Below, one piece after another: positions 1 to 9,736 of a DNA stretch of 64,000 nucleotides (its first letter is position 1; the number at the start of each line of letters is the position of its first letter). The stretch lies in NCBI GenBank assembly GCA_051715425.1, contig JBPXJS010000042.1, forward strand, positions 17,805 to 81,804, written 5' to 3'. The DNA is from Bacteroidota bacterium. Lineage in GTDB: Bacteria > Bacteroidota > Bacteroidia > UKL13-3. Under the pieces are notes generated by a model. The model saw only the letters and a program-made list of their open reading frames with translations. It searched no databases and was not told where the DNA came from. A program made the translations under genes and the position numbers.

Positions 1-1265
1 TGCTCATGCATTACCCTGGCCAAACGGTACTGGAATTCAATTTTCTGGTATTGGTTTATCAGCGTTTTCTCATTAATTCCGTTAAAAACCTGCTCTGCTT
101 TTTGCAGGTATCCGCCATCAAACAGCAACCGTCCTTTCAGGATCTGAACATGTGGGGTGTAAAGAAACTGAGATTCTTTTTCCGCCATTTTTTCCTCCGC
201 ACTCAGAGATGCGCCATATTTTTGGGACAAACCTTTGTAGATCTCGTATTTCTCTTTGTTATCGTGTATCAGGTAAAACCAGGAGAGGCGTTTGTAGGCA
301 TCTTTAATGGTTTCTCTTCCTTTATAGAATGAAACAAAACGCTTCAGATACATATCGGCATCGGAATCAAGGCGGTTCAGTTTGGCAATACCCAATTCGT
401 AATCCAGCAGCAAAAAAGGGACATACTCATTTCCTGTTGGTTTATTTAAAAGGGTATTGATGGCATCATCGTTATTACCGGTTTTAATGGCTACAAAGGA
501 TCTGATATAACAGGCACTCAGGTTTGTTGACACATCTTTGGTAAACTCTTCGCAATACTTCCATGCCTCTTCTTTGCTGTTGTAGTTTAACTCCAGCAAA
601 ATCAGGTACTGCCTGGCACTGTTTTTTTCAATAAACTGCTCATCGGGTATATTGCTGTTTAAATATGTTTTTACCATAGCAATCCCCTCTCTGATATTGC
701 CCTTAAATCCGGTAATACTCAGTATCCATTGATAATTATCTGGAACGGCACCAAGCACTGTTTTAAGCATACCCATTTCTTTAAGTGTTGGAAGAAACTG
801 AGGGAATTTTTGCTGATTGAGGTGGAGCAGGTTGTAGGCACTCCTGAACTCAATGGCAGCACTCACATATTTTTCGTGTTGTATATGTATGGTGGCCCAT
901 TGCAAATAGGTGAGCGCCTGAGCATACAAATGATAAGGAGAACTTACCGGTATTTTTTCATATTGCAGAAGCCTGGTATTTTTTTGTTTTTCCAAACGCG
1001 CCACTTCAACATCATCCTGATTGATCAGCATCAGGTAATAATCAATATAAGCCTCGAGATAAACCGGAGCAATATTATCCGGGTGTGATTTTTTTTCTGC
1101 AGCAAGTAATTGCCTGGCTTGTTCTATTTTCAGGTTCACTATATGTTTCTGCGCTTCAATAAGTGCAGGCGTGAAGCTAAAGTATGGTTGCGCTCCCTGT
1201 AATGAAAAGGCATAAAAAAAGAGCCAAAACAGCAATGCAGCTTTGGCTCTTTTAATCAATATCAT
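1..1265 (-). CDS. Partial CDS running off the window start. Secreted, helical-repeat (TPR-like) hypothetical protein whose N-terminus reads MILIKRAKAALLFWLFFYAFSLQ.
   Basis: My own translation of the reverse strand gives an uninterrupted ORF from the ATG at 1263-1265 to the window edge. It is absent from the ORF track, presumably because no stop lies inside the window. It has a signal-peptide-like N-terminus. Confidence 0.45.
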   Translation of the reverse strand, partial: MILIKRAKAALLFWLFFYAFSLQGAQPYFSFTPALIEAQKHIVNLKIEQARQLLAAEKKSHPDNIAPVYLEAYIDYYLMLINQDDVEVARLEKQKNTRLLQYEKIPVSSPYHLYAQALTYLQWATIHIQHEKYVSAAIEFRSAYNLLHLNQQKFPQFLPTLKEMGMLKTVLGAVPDNYQWILSITGFKGNIREGIAMVKTYLNSNIPDEQFIEKNSARQYLILLELNYNSKEEAWKYCEEFTKDVSTNLSACYIRSFVAIKTGNNDDAINTLLNKPTGNEYVPFLLLDYELGIAKLNRLDSDADMYLKRFVSFYKGRETIKDAYKRLSWFYLIHDNKEKYEIYKGLSQKYGASLSAEEKMAEKESQFLYTPHVQILKGRLLFDGGYLQKAEQVFNGINEKTLINQYQKIEFQYRLARVMHE

Positions 1266-1279
1266 GTAGGTAAACGTAT

Positions 1280-2032
1280 TTAAACAGTTACTTCTTCTAC
1301 CAGTTGAGAATCTACCAATACGCGTCCGCAATGTTCGCATACCAGAATTTTCTTACGTTGCTTAATATCTAACTGGCGTTGTGGTGGAATTTTGGCAAAA
1401 CAACCACCGCAGCTATCACGAACAATCTGGGCAACACCAATACCATTTTTTACGCTTAAGCGAATTCTGTTGTATGAGTGCAACAAACGATCTTCGATGA
1501 ATTTGTTAGCCTCATCGCGTGATTTGTTCAGTTCCTTTTCTTCTTTTTCTGTTTCTTCAACAATGGTATCCAGTTCACCTTTTTTATTTTTCAGGTCAAC
1601 TTTACGTCCTTCCAGTTCAGTTACAATACTTTCCATGCTTAAGTTTTTTTGTTCAATATCAAACTGAGCATTTTTAATACGTTTTTCAGCAGCCTGCACT
1701 TCAAGACCGGCAATTTCGATTTCCTTATTCAGGGCTTCGAACTCACGGTTGTTTTTTACGTTCTCAAGTTGCTTTTCGTATTTCTTAATATTGGCTTTGG
1801 AATCTAAAATTTTGGTTTTGTTGGTTGAGATGGAATCTTCCAGGTTTTTGATTTCTGTTTTGATGTTCTCAATACGGGTTTCTAATCCCACGATATCGTC
1901 TTCCAAATCTGCAACCTCCATTGGAAGTTCTCCACGAACTGATCTGAGTTTATCAATTTTTGAGTCGATAATCTGAAGCTTGTAAAGGGCTTTCAGTTTT
2001 TGTTCAACGCTAACTTCGGTAGCTACTGCCAT
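1280..2032 (-). CDS. Zinc-ribbon / coiled-coil protein (COG1579-like), usual partner of Nif3
   Basis: Long heptad-rich coiled coil followed by a C-terminal CGGC...CEHCGR zinc-ribbon. It sits immediately downstream of the Nif3-like gene on the same strand, a conserved pairing. Confidence 0.6.
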   Translation of the reverse strand: MAVATEVSVEQKLKALYKLQIIDSKIDKLRSVRGELPMEVADLEDDIVGLETRIENIKTEIKNLEDSISTNKTKILDSKANIKKYEKQLENVKNNREFEALNKEIEIAGLEVQAAEKRIKNAQFDIEQKNLSMESIVTELEGRKVDLKNKKGELDTIVEETEKEEKELNKSRDEANKFIEDRLLHSYNRIRLSVKNGIGVAQIVRDSCGGCFAKIPPQRQLDIKQRKKILVCEHCGRVLVDSQLVEEVTV

Positions 2033-2034
2033 GG

Positions 2035-3126
2035 TTAAATATATTTTATTGGATTAGTGTTTATTTCTGATAAAAGGACGGCAAATGTAGGGAATTTTTC
2101 GAGAATTATTTCTTTAAGTAGCTCTTTAGTAAAAAATTCACTCTCATAATGTCCTATATCAGCGATCATTACCTTGTTCTCGGCATCAAAAAACTCATGG
2201 TATTTGAAATCGGCTGATACATAGGCATCTGCACCGGCCGAAATCGCATGCCTGAGTAAAAAACTTCCGGCACCGCCACAAACGGCAACTTTACGTATGG
2301 GTTTATCTACCTCCGTATATCGGATGGCTTCAATATTCATTTTGATTTTCAGGTGCTTAAGGAAATTTATCGATTCCATAGGTTCCTGCAATTCACCTAT
2401 CAAACCTGCACCAACTCCGTTCCATTGGTTTTCAAGGGGGTAGATATCATAAGCCACTTCCTCATAGGGATGTGCCTGGAATAGCGCAGCTAAAACCTTG
2501 TTTTTCAGGTATGAAGGGAATATGGTTTCCAAACGGCTCTCGGGTTCAGTATGTTGCTGGCCTGGTTTCCCTGCTGCCGGGTTGCTGTTCTCATTTCCCC
2601 TAAAGGTTCCGTTTCCGGTTACGGTAAAACTGCACTCATCGTAGTTACCTATGTTGCCTGCACCAGCTTCAAATATGGCCTTCTTTACCTGCTCAAGCGA
2701 TGCGTGGGGTACAAAGGTTACCAGTTTATTTAATAACCCGCTTTTGGGTTGTAAAATTTGGGTATTTATTAGGCCCAGTTTTTCAGCAATTTTCTGGTTT
2801 ACCCCTTGTTGCACATTATCCAGGTTGGTATGGATGGCATAAATGGCAATATCGTTTTTTATGGCCTTTATAATGGTGCGTTCTACATAGGTTTTACCAT
2901 TTATTTTCTTGAGTCCGCTAAAAACGATAGGGTGGTGGGCTACCACCAGGTTGCATTTTTTGCTTATGGCCTCATCTATCACGGCTTCCGTGGCATCCAA
3001 TGTTACGAGCACACCTGTTACCTCCCAGCCTGATTCACCGGTAATTAATCCGGCATTATCGTAACTTTCCTGCAGTTGGAGAGGGGCCACCTGCTCCAGG
3101 CAATTCATTATTTCTGAAATCTTCAC
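2035..3126 (-). CDS. Nif3-like dinuclear metal centre protein (GTP cyclohydrolase 1 type 2 family)
   Basis: HHPIVFSGLKKI and HTNLDN motifs typical of Nif3/YqfO. 363 aa, consistent with the insert-domain architecture. Confidence 0.7.
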   Translation of the reverse strand: MKISEIMNCLEQVAPLQLQESYDNAGLITGESGWEVTGVLVTLDATEAVIDEAISKKCNLVVAHHPIVFSGLKKINGKTYVERTIIKAIKNDIAIYAIHTNLDNVQQGVNQKIAEKLGLINTQILQPKSGLLNKLVTFVPHASLEQVKKAIFEAGAGNIGNYDECSFTVTGNGTFRGNENSNPAAGKPGQQHTEPESRLETIFPSYLKNKVLAALFQAHPYEEVAYDIYPLENQWNGVGAGLIGELQEPMESINFLKHLKIKMNIEAIRYTEVDKPIRKVAVCGGAGSFLLRHAISAGADAYVSADFKYHEFFDAENKVMIADIGHYESEFFTKELLKEIILEKFPTFAVLLSEINTNPIKYI

Positions 3127-3238
3127 GCTTTTAACATTGATTAACCGGATTCAATTATAATAAAGATTTAAGCAAAACAGATAAAATGAATATTGCATAT
3201 TGCAAAAAACTTGAATTATATAATTTGACTTTACACGT

Positions 3239-3772
3239 ATGAAAGAATTAGGAATTGGTTCCAGGGTACGCCACACTCAGTATGGTGATGGTGTAGTAGT
3301 TAATACTAAAACAGAGTTTTATTCAGTAATGTTTATTAATGAAGGGCGAAAAGAAATCTCACGCAGCCAGAATGCGCTTGAAATAATAGATGCCGTAGAA
3401 CCTCCGGAAGATATCATCAGCAATGCAGAACTGGAGCGCACCCTGATAGGCATTTTACGCAGGTGGACCGATATACAGGAAGAAGTTAGCCTTGGAAGCA
3501 AATGGATTGGTGGTAAAATGATCCTTCAACCCGGAGATACCAATCTTCAGGGAAAAGAAATTCCCATCGATCAGTTTTTCCATAAAATAGTTATGCTGCG
3601 CGACAGGCTTCGGGTAATGGAACAAAGAATCAACGCACATGATCAGCTATCTGATGAAGATAAAGTGAATATGCAACAATATATCACCAGAATTTACGGT
3701 TCACTCACCACCTTTAATGTATTGTTTAAATACCCTCACGATCACTTTACAGGAGAAAAAGGAAAAGAATAG
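3239..3772 (+). CDS. Hypothetical cytoplasmic protein (177 aa)
   Basis: Clean ORF with no signal peptide and no motif I recognise. Two palindromes lie in its upstream region. Confidence 0.45.
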   Translation: MKELGIGSRVRHTQYGDGVVVNTKTEFYSVMFINEGRKEISRSQNALEIIDAVEPPEDIISNAELERTLIGILRRWTDIQEEVSLGSKWIGGKMILQPGDTNLQGKEIPIDQFFHKIVMLRDRLRVMEQRINAHDQLSDEDKVNMQQYITRIYGSLTTFNVLFKYPHDHFTGEKGKE

Positions 3773-4076
3773 TTGGGATTAGTGCTTGGTGCGCAGTGCT
3801 TGGTGCTCGGTGCTTAGTGGGATCGTATTGTTAAGTTAAGTTTGAAGTTGCTTTAGCGTTTTTGGGCATTGGTCATAGGACACGGGCATTTGTCACTGCC
3901 TGTCCCGCAAGGCGGGAGACATTAGACATTGGCTGGCTCACAAGAGGTGGGCACCTGTCTTTTGTGTGGAAGTAAGTTGTTTTATCACACCTCAACACCT
4001 CAACACTCAAAAAAGCACTTAAAACTTAACACTTAACATTTAAAACTAGAACACATCTGCACATTAATCGGTGGTT
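3773..4076. repeat. Repeat-rich, low-complexity intergenic region between convergent genes
   Basis: Left half carries tandem GTGCTTGGTGC-like units (agtgcttggtgcgcagtgcttggtgctcggtgcttagtggg). Right half carries CACCTCAA x2, then cactcaaaa, cacttaaaac, ttaacacttaacattt. A GC hairpin tgtcccgc-aag-gcggga lies at 3903-3917. Confidence 0.4.
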
Positions 4077-4988
4077 TTAATCGTGCTCCAGTTCCCATAG
4101 CATAATGGTTCTGTCATCGCTGCAGGTGAGGAGTTGGGTATTGTTTAGCCAGAGTGCTTTATTTACTGAGCTGATATGTCCTTCTGATTTTATTTTATCT
4201 GCCACTTTTAATAATTCGAACGTATGGCCCTCCCAAATTTTAAGGGTTTTATCCATGCTTACCGTAGCAAACAGTTCTCCTGCCGGGTTAAAAACAATGG
4301 CATTGATATGTAGGGTATGTGCTGGAATATCCTGAACCAATTCATAATTATTTTTACCATCCCAGCTTCGCAACATTACATCGCGTCCGCCTGAAATCAA
4401 GCTGTTGCCATCAGGTGTATAGGTTAAGGCAAATACGGAATTGTTGTGTGCAGCTATGGTTTGTGTTAAAGTGAAATCCACTGTACTAAATATTCTGATA
4501 TGAAAATCACTGTACCCAACTGCTATTTGTTGTTTTGTTGGGTGTAAGCTTAATACACGCGCGCTTTTTTCTGAGAAGGATAGTTCTTTTACAAGCGAGA
4601 GCATGGGAAGCTTCCATACCTTCACTTTCCCATCGCCTCCTGCGGTAATGAGTAAATCTCCGCTTATTTTTATATCGAATATTCCAAGTGTATGTGCTTC
4701 AATATTGCGGATTTCTTTTCGTTGCTTTAAATCAATAACGTGCAGGTTGCCGGATGCTGTTCCGCAAAATAAGAGTTGAGCCTCCTGATGCAGGCAAAAA
4801 GTGTATACCGGATTGGGTACCCGAACAAGCAGGTTTCCGTCTCCTCTTGTGATAAGGTTCCACTCCACAATATATCCGTCAGCCCCACCACTGTAAAAGA
4901 GATCCGGTGTAAGTCCGTATCCAAGCGCAAATATGGCGTCCTTATGACCGCTAAAATGTGCTATTTTTGAAATCTTAATTTTAGACAT
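4077..4988 (-). CDS. WD40-repeat beta-propeller protein
   Basis: Repeated GH...WD / WN / WK units (GADGYIVEWNL, GGDGKVKVWKL, DKTLKIWEG, DDRTIMLWEL). Confidence 0.7.
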   Translation of the reverse strand: MSKIKISKIAHFSGHKDAIFALGYGLTPDLFYSGGADGYIVEWNLITRGDGNLLVRVPNPVYTFCLHQEAQLLFCGTASGNLHVIDLKQRKEIRNIEAHTLGIFDIKISGDLLITAGGDGKVKVWKLPMLSLVKELSFSEKSARVLSLHPTKQQIAVGYSDFHIRIFSTVDFTLTQTIAAHNNSVFALTYTPDGNSLISGGRDVMLRSWDGKNNYELVQDIPAHTLHINAIVFNPAGELFATVSMDKTLKIWEGHTFELLKVADKIKSEGHISSVNKALWLNNTQLLTCSDDRTIMLWELEHD

Positions 4989-5613
4989 GCCTGTTTATTC
5001 AATAAAACATCCCGGCAATAATACAGTTTTAGCCATCTGGAAAATAACAGAATCGAAAGAAGATTTGTTATCCATGCTTGACAATAGTGTTACCGACAAC
5101 CATAGCAGCAACAAGGACAGTAAACATTGGCTGGCCAGCCGGCTGCTTATTAAAACACTCCTTCCTGAAGGAGAAATTGTATTGTTAAAGGATCAGTTTA
5201 ATAAGCCTCACTTGCTGGTAAACGGGGTAGAGCATTTCATTTCCATTACCCACTCACACGATTTTGCGGCTGTTATTATTTCTCAGGTAAAAAAAGTTTC
5301 ATTGGATATAGAACAAATAGATCAGCGGATAAACAGGGTGAGCCACAAGTTTACCCGGGAAGATGAGCAGGCATTTTTTGACGCGGATTACCTTACAGGA
5401 ATGCAAACAATTTTATGGTCGGCCAAGGAAACACTATACAAGTATTATGGATTAAAGGAACTTGATTTTAAAGAACACTTATCTATAGCGCCTTTTATTT
5501 GGCAAACCAGCCCTATGGAGATTAAAGGGTATATACATAAAAATGGCCTCCACATTGAACTAACCATTCATGTGGAGGCCATTGAAAATTATGTGCTAAC
5601 GTATAGCTGTTAA
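4987..5613 (+). CDS. 4'-phosphopantetheinyl transferase superfamily protein
   Basis: W-x-x-K-E-(A/T)-x-x-K motif (LWSAKETLYKY) and an ISITHSHD...SLDIE region resembling the PPTase metal-binding core. Size is about 208 aa. Confidence 0.5.
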   Translation: MPVYSIKHPGNNTVLAIWKITESKEDLLSMLDNSVTDNHSSNKDSKHWLASRLLIKTLLPEGEIVLLKDQFNKPHLLVNGVEHFISITHSHDFAAVIISQVKKVSLDIEQIDQRINRVSHKFTREDEQAFFDADYLTGMQTILWSAKETLYKYYGLKELDFKEHLSIAPFIWQTSPMEIKGYIHKNGLHIELTIHVEAIENYVLTYSC

Positions 5614-6005
5614 TTGTTTTTCTCTACGTTTACTTCTTCCAGTTTTCCGGTTACGGGGCTTATGGTAAAACGCACATACATGATGGCATCTTCACCTTTG
5701 TAAACGCCAAAAGTTTGAATCCATCCGTTATTGGTTTCGGAGGCTTTTTTTACCTGACTGTTTTTAGGAATATTGATGTAGGATTTCATTAAACTGTTCA
5801 ACTCTGCTGGTTTTACTTCCTTTTCAATGGTATCGCATACAAATACCACTTTATCCTGAGCAAAGGTTGTCATATCGAATTTTAAAAAGGCAGACTTTAG
5901 TTCTTTTTCTTCTTTAAAGCTATCATACTCACGCATTTGGGTTTGGGCGAAAGTTGATAAAAAGGTGAGTGCTGAGAAAATGGTGGTTAAAAATAATCGG
6001 GTCAT
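5610..6005 (-). CDS. Small secreted hypothetical protein
   Basis: N-terminal signal peptide MTRLFLTTIFSALTFLSTFAQ. Its stop overlaps the stop of the convergent PPTase gene. Confidence 0.45.
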   Translation of the reverse strand: MTRLFLTTIFSALTFLSTFAQTQMREYDSFKEEKELKSAFLKFDMTTFAQDKVVFVCDTIEKEVKPAELNSLMKSYINIPKNSQVKKASETNNGWIQTFGVYKGEDAIMYVRFTISPVTGKLEEVNVEKNN

Positions 6006-6203
6006 AAATAGTATAAAAGTTTGGTTGCGAAATTAAGTCAGATTTCATGCCAGCCTTGTCAATTAATTATTAATTTATTCACAACGCTTCACTCAAGTGT
6101 GTTTATTATCGCTTCAGCATGATAACATGGTTTCCGATCTCCTGGTGATTTTAAAATACATGCCCCGTCATTTGTTGTATATACAATTAATTAATACCTT
6201 TGT

Positions 6204-7082
6204 TTGGTGAATCGCAAAGAGTTTATACGGTCGGCATCTCTTTTAACTTTAACAGGTATGATGGAATTACGTTCTTTTGGCAATACGCTTCTGGGTGGTG
6301 AAAACTCGCCAAAGATGCCGGTTTTATTTATCGGTCATGGAAATCCGATGAACGCTTTATATGACAATGCATTTACCCGGATGTTAAATAAAACAGGTAA
6401 AACCTTGCCTAAACCCAAGGCTATTTTGGTGGTTTCGGCACACTGGCTTACCAGGGGAACTTATGTGGCTGATACCACCAACCCCAAAACCATTTATGAT
6501 TTCGGTGGGTTTCCCAAAGAATTATTTGAAGTAAAGTATCCGGCAAAAGGGTCGCCTGAATTTGCTGCAGAGGTAAAAAAAGAAGTGAAATCAGTAAATA
6601 TCCTGTCCGATCATGAAATGGGTTTTGATCACGGAGCCTGGACCATTTTAAAGCATCTTTATCCGGGGGCGGATATCCCTACCTTTCAGTTAAGTATTGA
6701 TTATGGGAAGCCTGCCTCTTACCATTATGCATTGGCAAAAGAATTACAGGCACTTCGCAACAAAGGATTGCTTATAGTTGGAAGTGGTAATATTGTGCAC
6801 AACCTGGGAATGTTAAACTGGAATGATCCCAACCCTAAACCATTTGACTGGAGTATTGAGTTTGATGAGAAGGTGAAGTTATACCTGAACAACCACAACC
6901 ATGAAGGACTTATTTCCTATGAAAAGATGGGAAAAGCGGCACAGTTATCGGTGCCCACCAATGATCATTATTTACCAATGATATATACATTAGGGTTGCA
7001 ACAAAAAAACGAGCATATTTCCTATTTATATGAAGGAATAGAAATGGGCTCAATCAGCATGAGATGTTTTTTGATCAGTTGA
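6204..7082 (+). CDS. Class III extradiol ring-cleavage dioxygenase (4,5-DOPA dioxygenase / YgiD-like)
   Basis: FIGHGNPMNA and VVSAHW motifs characteristic of the YgiD / LigB-type extradiol dioxygenase family. Confidence 0.6.
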   Translation: MVNRKEFIRSASLLTLTGMMELRSFGNTLLGGENSPKMPVLFIGHGNPMNALYDNAFTRMLNKTGKTLPKPKAILVVSAHWLTRGTYVADTTNPKTIYDFGGFPKELFEVKYPAKGSPEFAAEVKKEVKSVNILSDHEMGFDHGAWTILKHLYPGADIPTFQLSIDYGKPASYHYALAKELQALRNKGLLIVGSGNIVHNLGMLNWNDPNPKPFDWSIEFDEKVKLYLNNHNHEGLISYEKMGKAAQLSVPTNDHYLPMIYTLGLQQKNEHISYLYEGIEMGSISMRCFLIS

Positions 7083-7775
7083 TTGGTGTCCGCAATCTTT
7101 TACCATTGTTTGCTCATCTGATATTTTCGGACTCACATAAGGAATACCAAGCCCCATTCCCCTCAATATAAAAAGGCAGCCAATAAGCACTGCGGCATAA
7201 GGTACCATTTTACTTATTCTTGTTCTTATTTGAAGGGAAATAAACTGTCCGGCTAAGGAAACACCAAACATTAACGGAAAGGTGCCTGCCCCAAATAAGG
7301 CCATAAACAGTGCCCCTTTCCAGATTTCCTGTGTTGCCACTGATCCGATAAGTGCTATATATACAAAACCACAGGGTAATAAACCGTTTAATACACCAAT
7401 AAGAAAAAGCGATGAATATTTTTTTTGCTGAAACAAACGGCCCATTAAACTACCACTGATTTTGCGGAAAGTTTGACCAATTTTTTTCTCAATAAAGTTG
7501 CTGCTGAGTATGACTGTTATGATAATAAGTACTCCTGCAGCAATGCTTATACTTTGCTGAAATCCCGCAATGGCCAGCCCAAGTCCGAAAGCACCGGATA
7601 ACATTCCAATCAAAGCATACGTGCTGATGCGTCCGAGATTATAAATTACACGGCTTGTTATTTTTTGTGCAGGTGTTGTTCCAATTTGCGGCAATGCCAG
7701 TGCTATCGGCCCGCACATACCCACACAATGAAAGCTGCCCAATAATCCGGTAAGAAATGCGGTTAAAAAAATCAT
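7050..7775 (-). CDS. DsbD_2 / TauE-SafE-like polytopic membrane protein, last gene of the cbb3 maturation operon
   Basis: GSFHCVGMCGPIA motif (HCxxMCGP). About 7 predicted TM segments. The start overlaps the fixH stop at 7772-7775. Confidence 0.5.
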   Translation of the reverse strand: MIFLTAFLTGLLGSFHCVGMCGPIALALPQIGTTPAQKITSRVIYNLGRISTYALIGMLSGAFGLGLAIAGFQQSISIAAGVLIIITVILSSNFIEKKIGQTFRKISGSLMGRLFQQKKYSSLFLIGVLNGLLPCGFVYIALIGSVATQEIWKGALFMALFGAGTFPLMFGVSLAGQFISLQIRTRISKMVPYAAVLIGCLFILRGMGLGIPYVSPKISDEQTMVKDCGHQSTDQKTSHAD

Positions 7776-8233
7776 TCTATAAATATTTCTTTCTCGGCAG
7801 CCATTGTTTCATTGCCTGCTTTCCATTCAAAAGTTACTTTCCATGCACCTTTGGTCAGTTTATTGGTGGGGTAAGAAAAATGCCCTTCGTTATTAAGGGT
7901 AAACTCATCCTCAAAATCCAATGAAGAATCGGAGGGACGATAGAATTTTATTTTGCCTGAAATGTTTCCGCCAATGGCCGTGGTGAACGAAATACTTTGT
8001 TTAGAAGCAAGGTACTCAATATGGTGATCCATCCCTTCTGTTGCCATGTGTTTATCAATTTCCTTCTGATAATTCATGCCTTTTTCGTAGTAGTCTGTTT
8101 CAACCAATTCTACTTTTTGGCTAATCATAAAATAAACCATACTTACCACAAATATCATAAACAGTACGGTGAAAAAAACGAGCTTATGCCCCCAGTTTAT
8201 TTTCATATTATTATTTTTTGCTAAGGTAATCAT
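7772..8233 (-). CDS. FixH/CcoH family cbb3 oxidase assembly protein
   Basis: Single N-terminal TM followed by a periplasmic domain. It lies directly downstream of ccoG with an overlapping ATGA junction at 8233. Confidence 0.6.
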   Translation of the reverse strand: MITLAKNNNMKINWGHKLVFFTVLFMIFVVSMVYFMISQKVELVETDYYEKGMNYQKEIDKHMATEGMDHHIEYLASKQSISFTTAIGGNISGKIKFYRPSDSSLDFEDEFTLNNEGHFSYPTNKLTKGAWKVTFEWKAGNETMAAEKEIFIE

Positions 8234-9654
8234 CAGTTTGCTACCGGGCCAACAAAATTTGTTTTCATTTCTTCAAGCAATTTGCCATTGCTGTATATGC
8301 TTATTTTGGCAGGAATATTATTCTGCCTGATATTGGGTTTATCAATAAGAATAAAGAAAGAACCTTTAATAATTCCGTCCTCGGTAAGCAACATATCACT
8401 GCTCTCGCGGTCTACCATTTTTAAGGTGGCACCGGCAGGTTCGGTTAGTTTTACCTGAACATGCTGATCGGTAAAGGTTTTATTTACAATTTCGAAATTG
8501 TAGATATTACTTACCTGGTTGTTTTCCTGTTGCTGGTATAACATTCCCGGTGTACGCAGAATAGTGGTTTCAATATCTTTTCGCGTAACAATAAAGAAAG
8601 TAAGTAGTGACATGAGCAAGGTAAGCACAGTAAGATAGGCACCGCTTCTGAACGTTAAGCGCCTGCCAATTCCTTTTGCTATTTGCTCCTGAGAAGCGTA
8701 CCTGATTAAACCTTTAGGCTTATGAATTTTATCCATTACATCATCACACTCATCAATACAAGCCGTGCAGTTTACACATTCCAGCTGGGTTCCGTTGCGT
8801 ATATCAATTCCGGTTGGGCAAACCTGCACGCATCGGTGACAATCCACACAATCTCCCAGGTTTTGTTCAGCCCCTTTTTTTCTAAATCCCCTTGGCTCCC
8901 CGCGCACAAAATCGTAAGCCACCACAATGGAATTTTTATCGAGCATTAGCCCCTGCAAACGGCCATAAGGACAAATAACAATGCAGGCAATTTCCCTCAC
9001 TTTGGCAAATACAATATAAAATACAAATGAAAAAATAATGAGGGCTATAAACTGACCCATATGGGCTGAAGGTCCATCGGTTACCAGTTTTTTTACTTCA
9101 TCAATACCAATGAGGTAAGCCAAAAAGGTATTGGCAATGGCTACTGCTATAGCAAAAAAGATGGTATGCTTCAATCCTTTCTTTACTATTTTTTCTGTAT
9201 CCAATGGTTGATCATCCAGTTTTTTCTGTTGTTTAAAATCCCCTTCAATCAGGTATTCTATTTTACGAAACAACATTTCCATAAAAATGGTTTGAGGGCA
9301 TGCCCATCCGCACCAAACCCTTCCAAACATCACTGTGAATACAATAATAAATACCACAAAGGTGAGCATCAGCAATGCAAACAATGGTAAATCCTGTGGC
9401 CAGAATGGAATACCAAAGATGATAAACTTACGCTCCAGGATATTGAGAAGTAAGAGCGGGTGGCCATTGATTTTCATAAACGGACCACCAAACAACAAAA
9501 TCATTAATAAGATGCTGAACCATGTTCTGCCTTTGTATAAAGGCCCTTTTGGTTTTTTAGGATACACCCATTGTCTGTCACCGGTTTTTTTATTAACCAG
9601 TGATATCGTGTCTCTGTAAATCTCCCCATCCCCCGGTATCGCTTCGTTGCTCAT
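8233..9654 (-). CDS. ccoG: Cytochrome c oxidase accessory protein CcoG (polyferredoxin)
   Basis: Two 4Fe-4S cysteine clusters (CGWACPQ; CVDCHRCVQVCP ... CVNCTACIDEC) and TM helices. Conserved position after ccoP. Confidence 0.8.
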   Translation of the reverse strand: MSNEAIPGDGEIYRDTISLVNKKTGDRQWVYPKKPKGPLYKGRTWFSILLMILLFGGPFMKINGHPLLLLNILERKFIIFGIPFWPQDLPLFALLMLTFVVFIIVFTVMFGRVWCGWACPQTIFMEMLFRKIEYLIEGDFKQQKKLDDQPLDTEKIVKKGLKHTIFFAIAVAIANTFLAYLIGIDEVKKLVTDGPSAHMGQFIALIIFSFVFYIVFAKVREIACIVICPYGRLQGLMLDKNSIVVAYDFVRGEPRGFRKKGAEQNLGDCVDCHRCVQVCPTGIDIRNGTQLECVNCTACIDECDDVMDKIHKPKGLIRYASQEQIAKGIGRRLTFRSGAYLTVLTLLMSLLTFFIVTRKDIETTILRTPGMLYQQQENNQVSNIYNFEIVNKTFTDQHVQVKLTEPAGATLKMVDRESSDMLLTEDGIIKGSFFILIDKPNIRQNNIPAKISIYSNGKLLEEMKTNFVGPVAN

Positions 9655-9692
9655 AATCTTTAATTGAAATGTAACATATTCTTATAACGTAC

Positions 9693-9723
9693 AAAACCCC
9701 CTCAACTGGTGAAGGGGTTCTGT
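9693..9723 (-). terminator. Hairpin plus U-run between ccoP and ccoG (possible intra-operon attenuator)
   Basis: aacccc(c)tca-actgg-tga(a)ggggtt forms a GC stem of 6+3 bp, followed on the minus strand by TTTTGT. It is the only stable structure inside the otherwise contiguous cco gene string. Confidence 0.3.
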
Positions 9724-9736
9724 TTAAATGTTGTTG

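Noticed and set aside
6-1088. Plus-strand ORFs 6-332 and 729-1088 from the track
   Set aside because: Both lie entirely inside a long uninterrupted minus-strand reading frame that runs off the window start and has a convincing signal peptide. They have no motifs and are most likely antisense artefacts.
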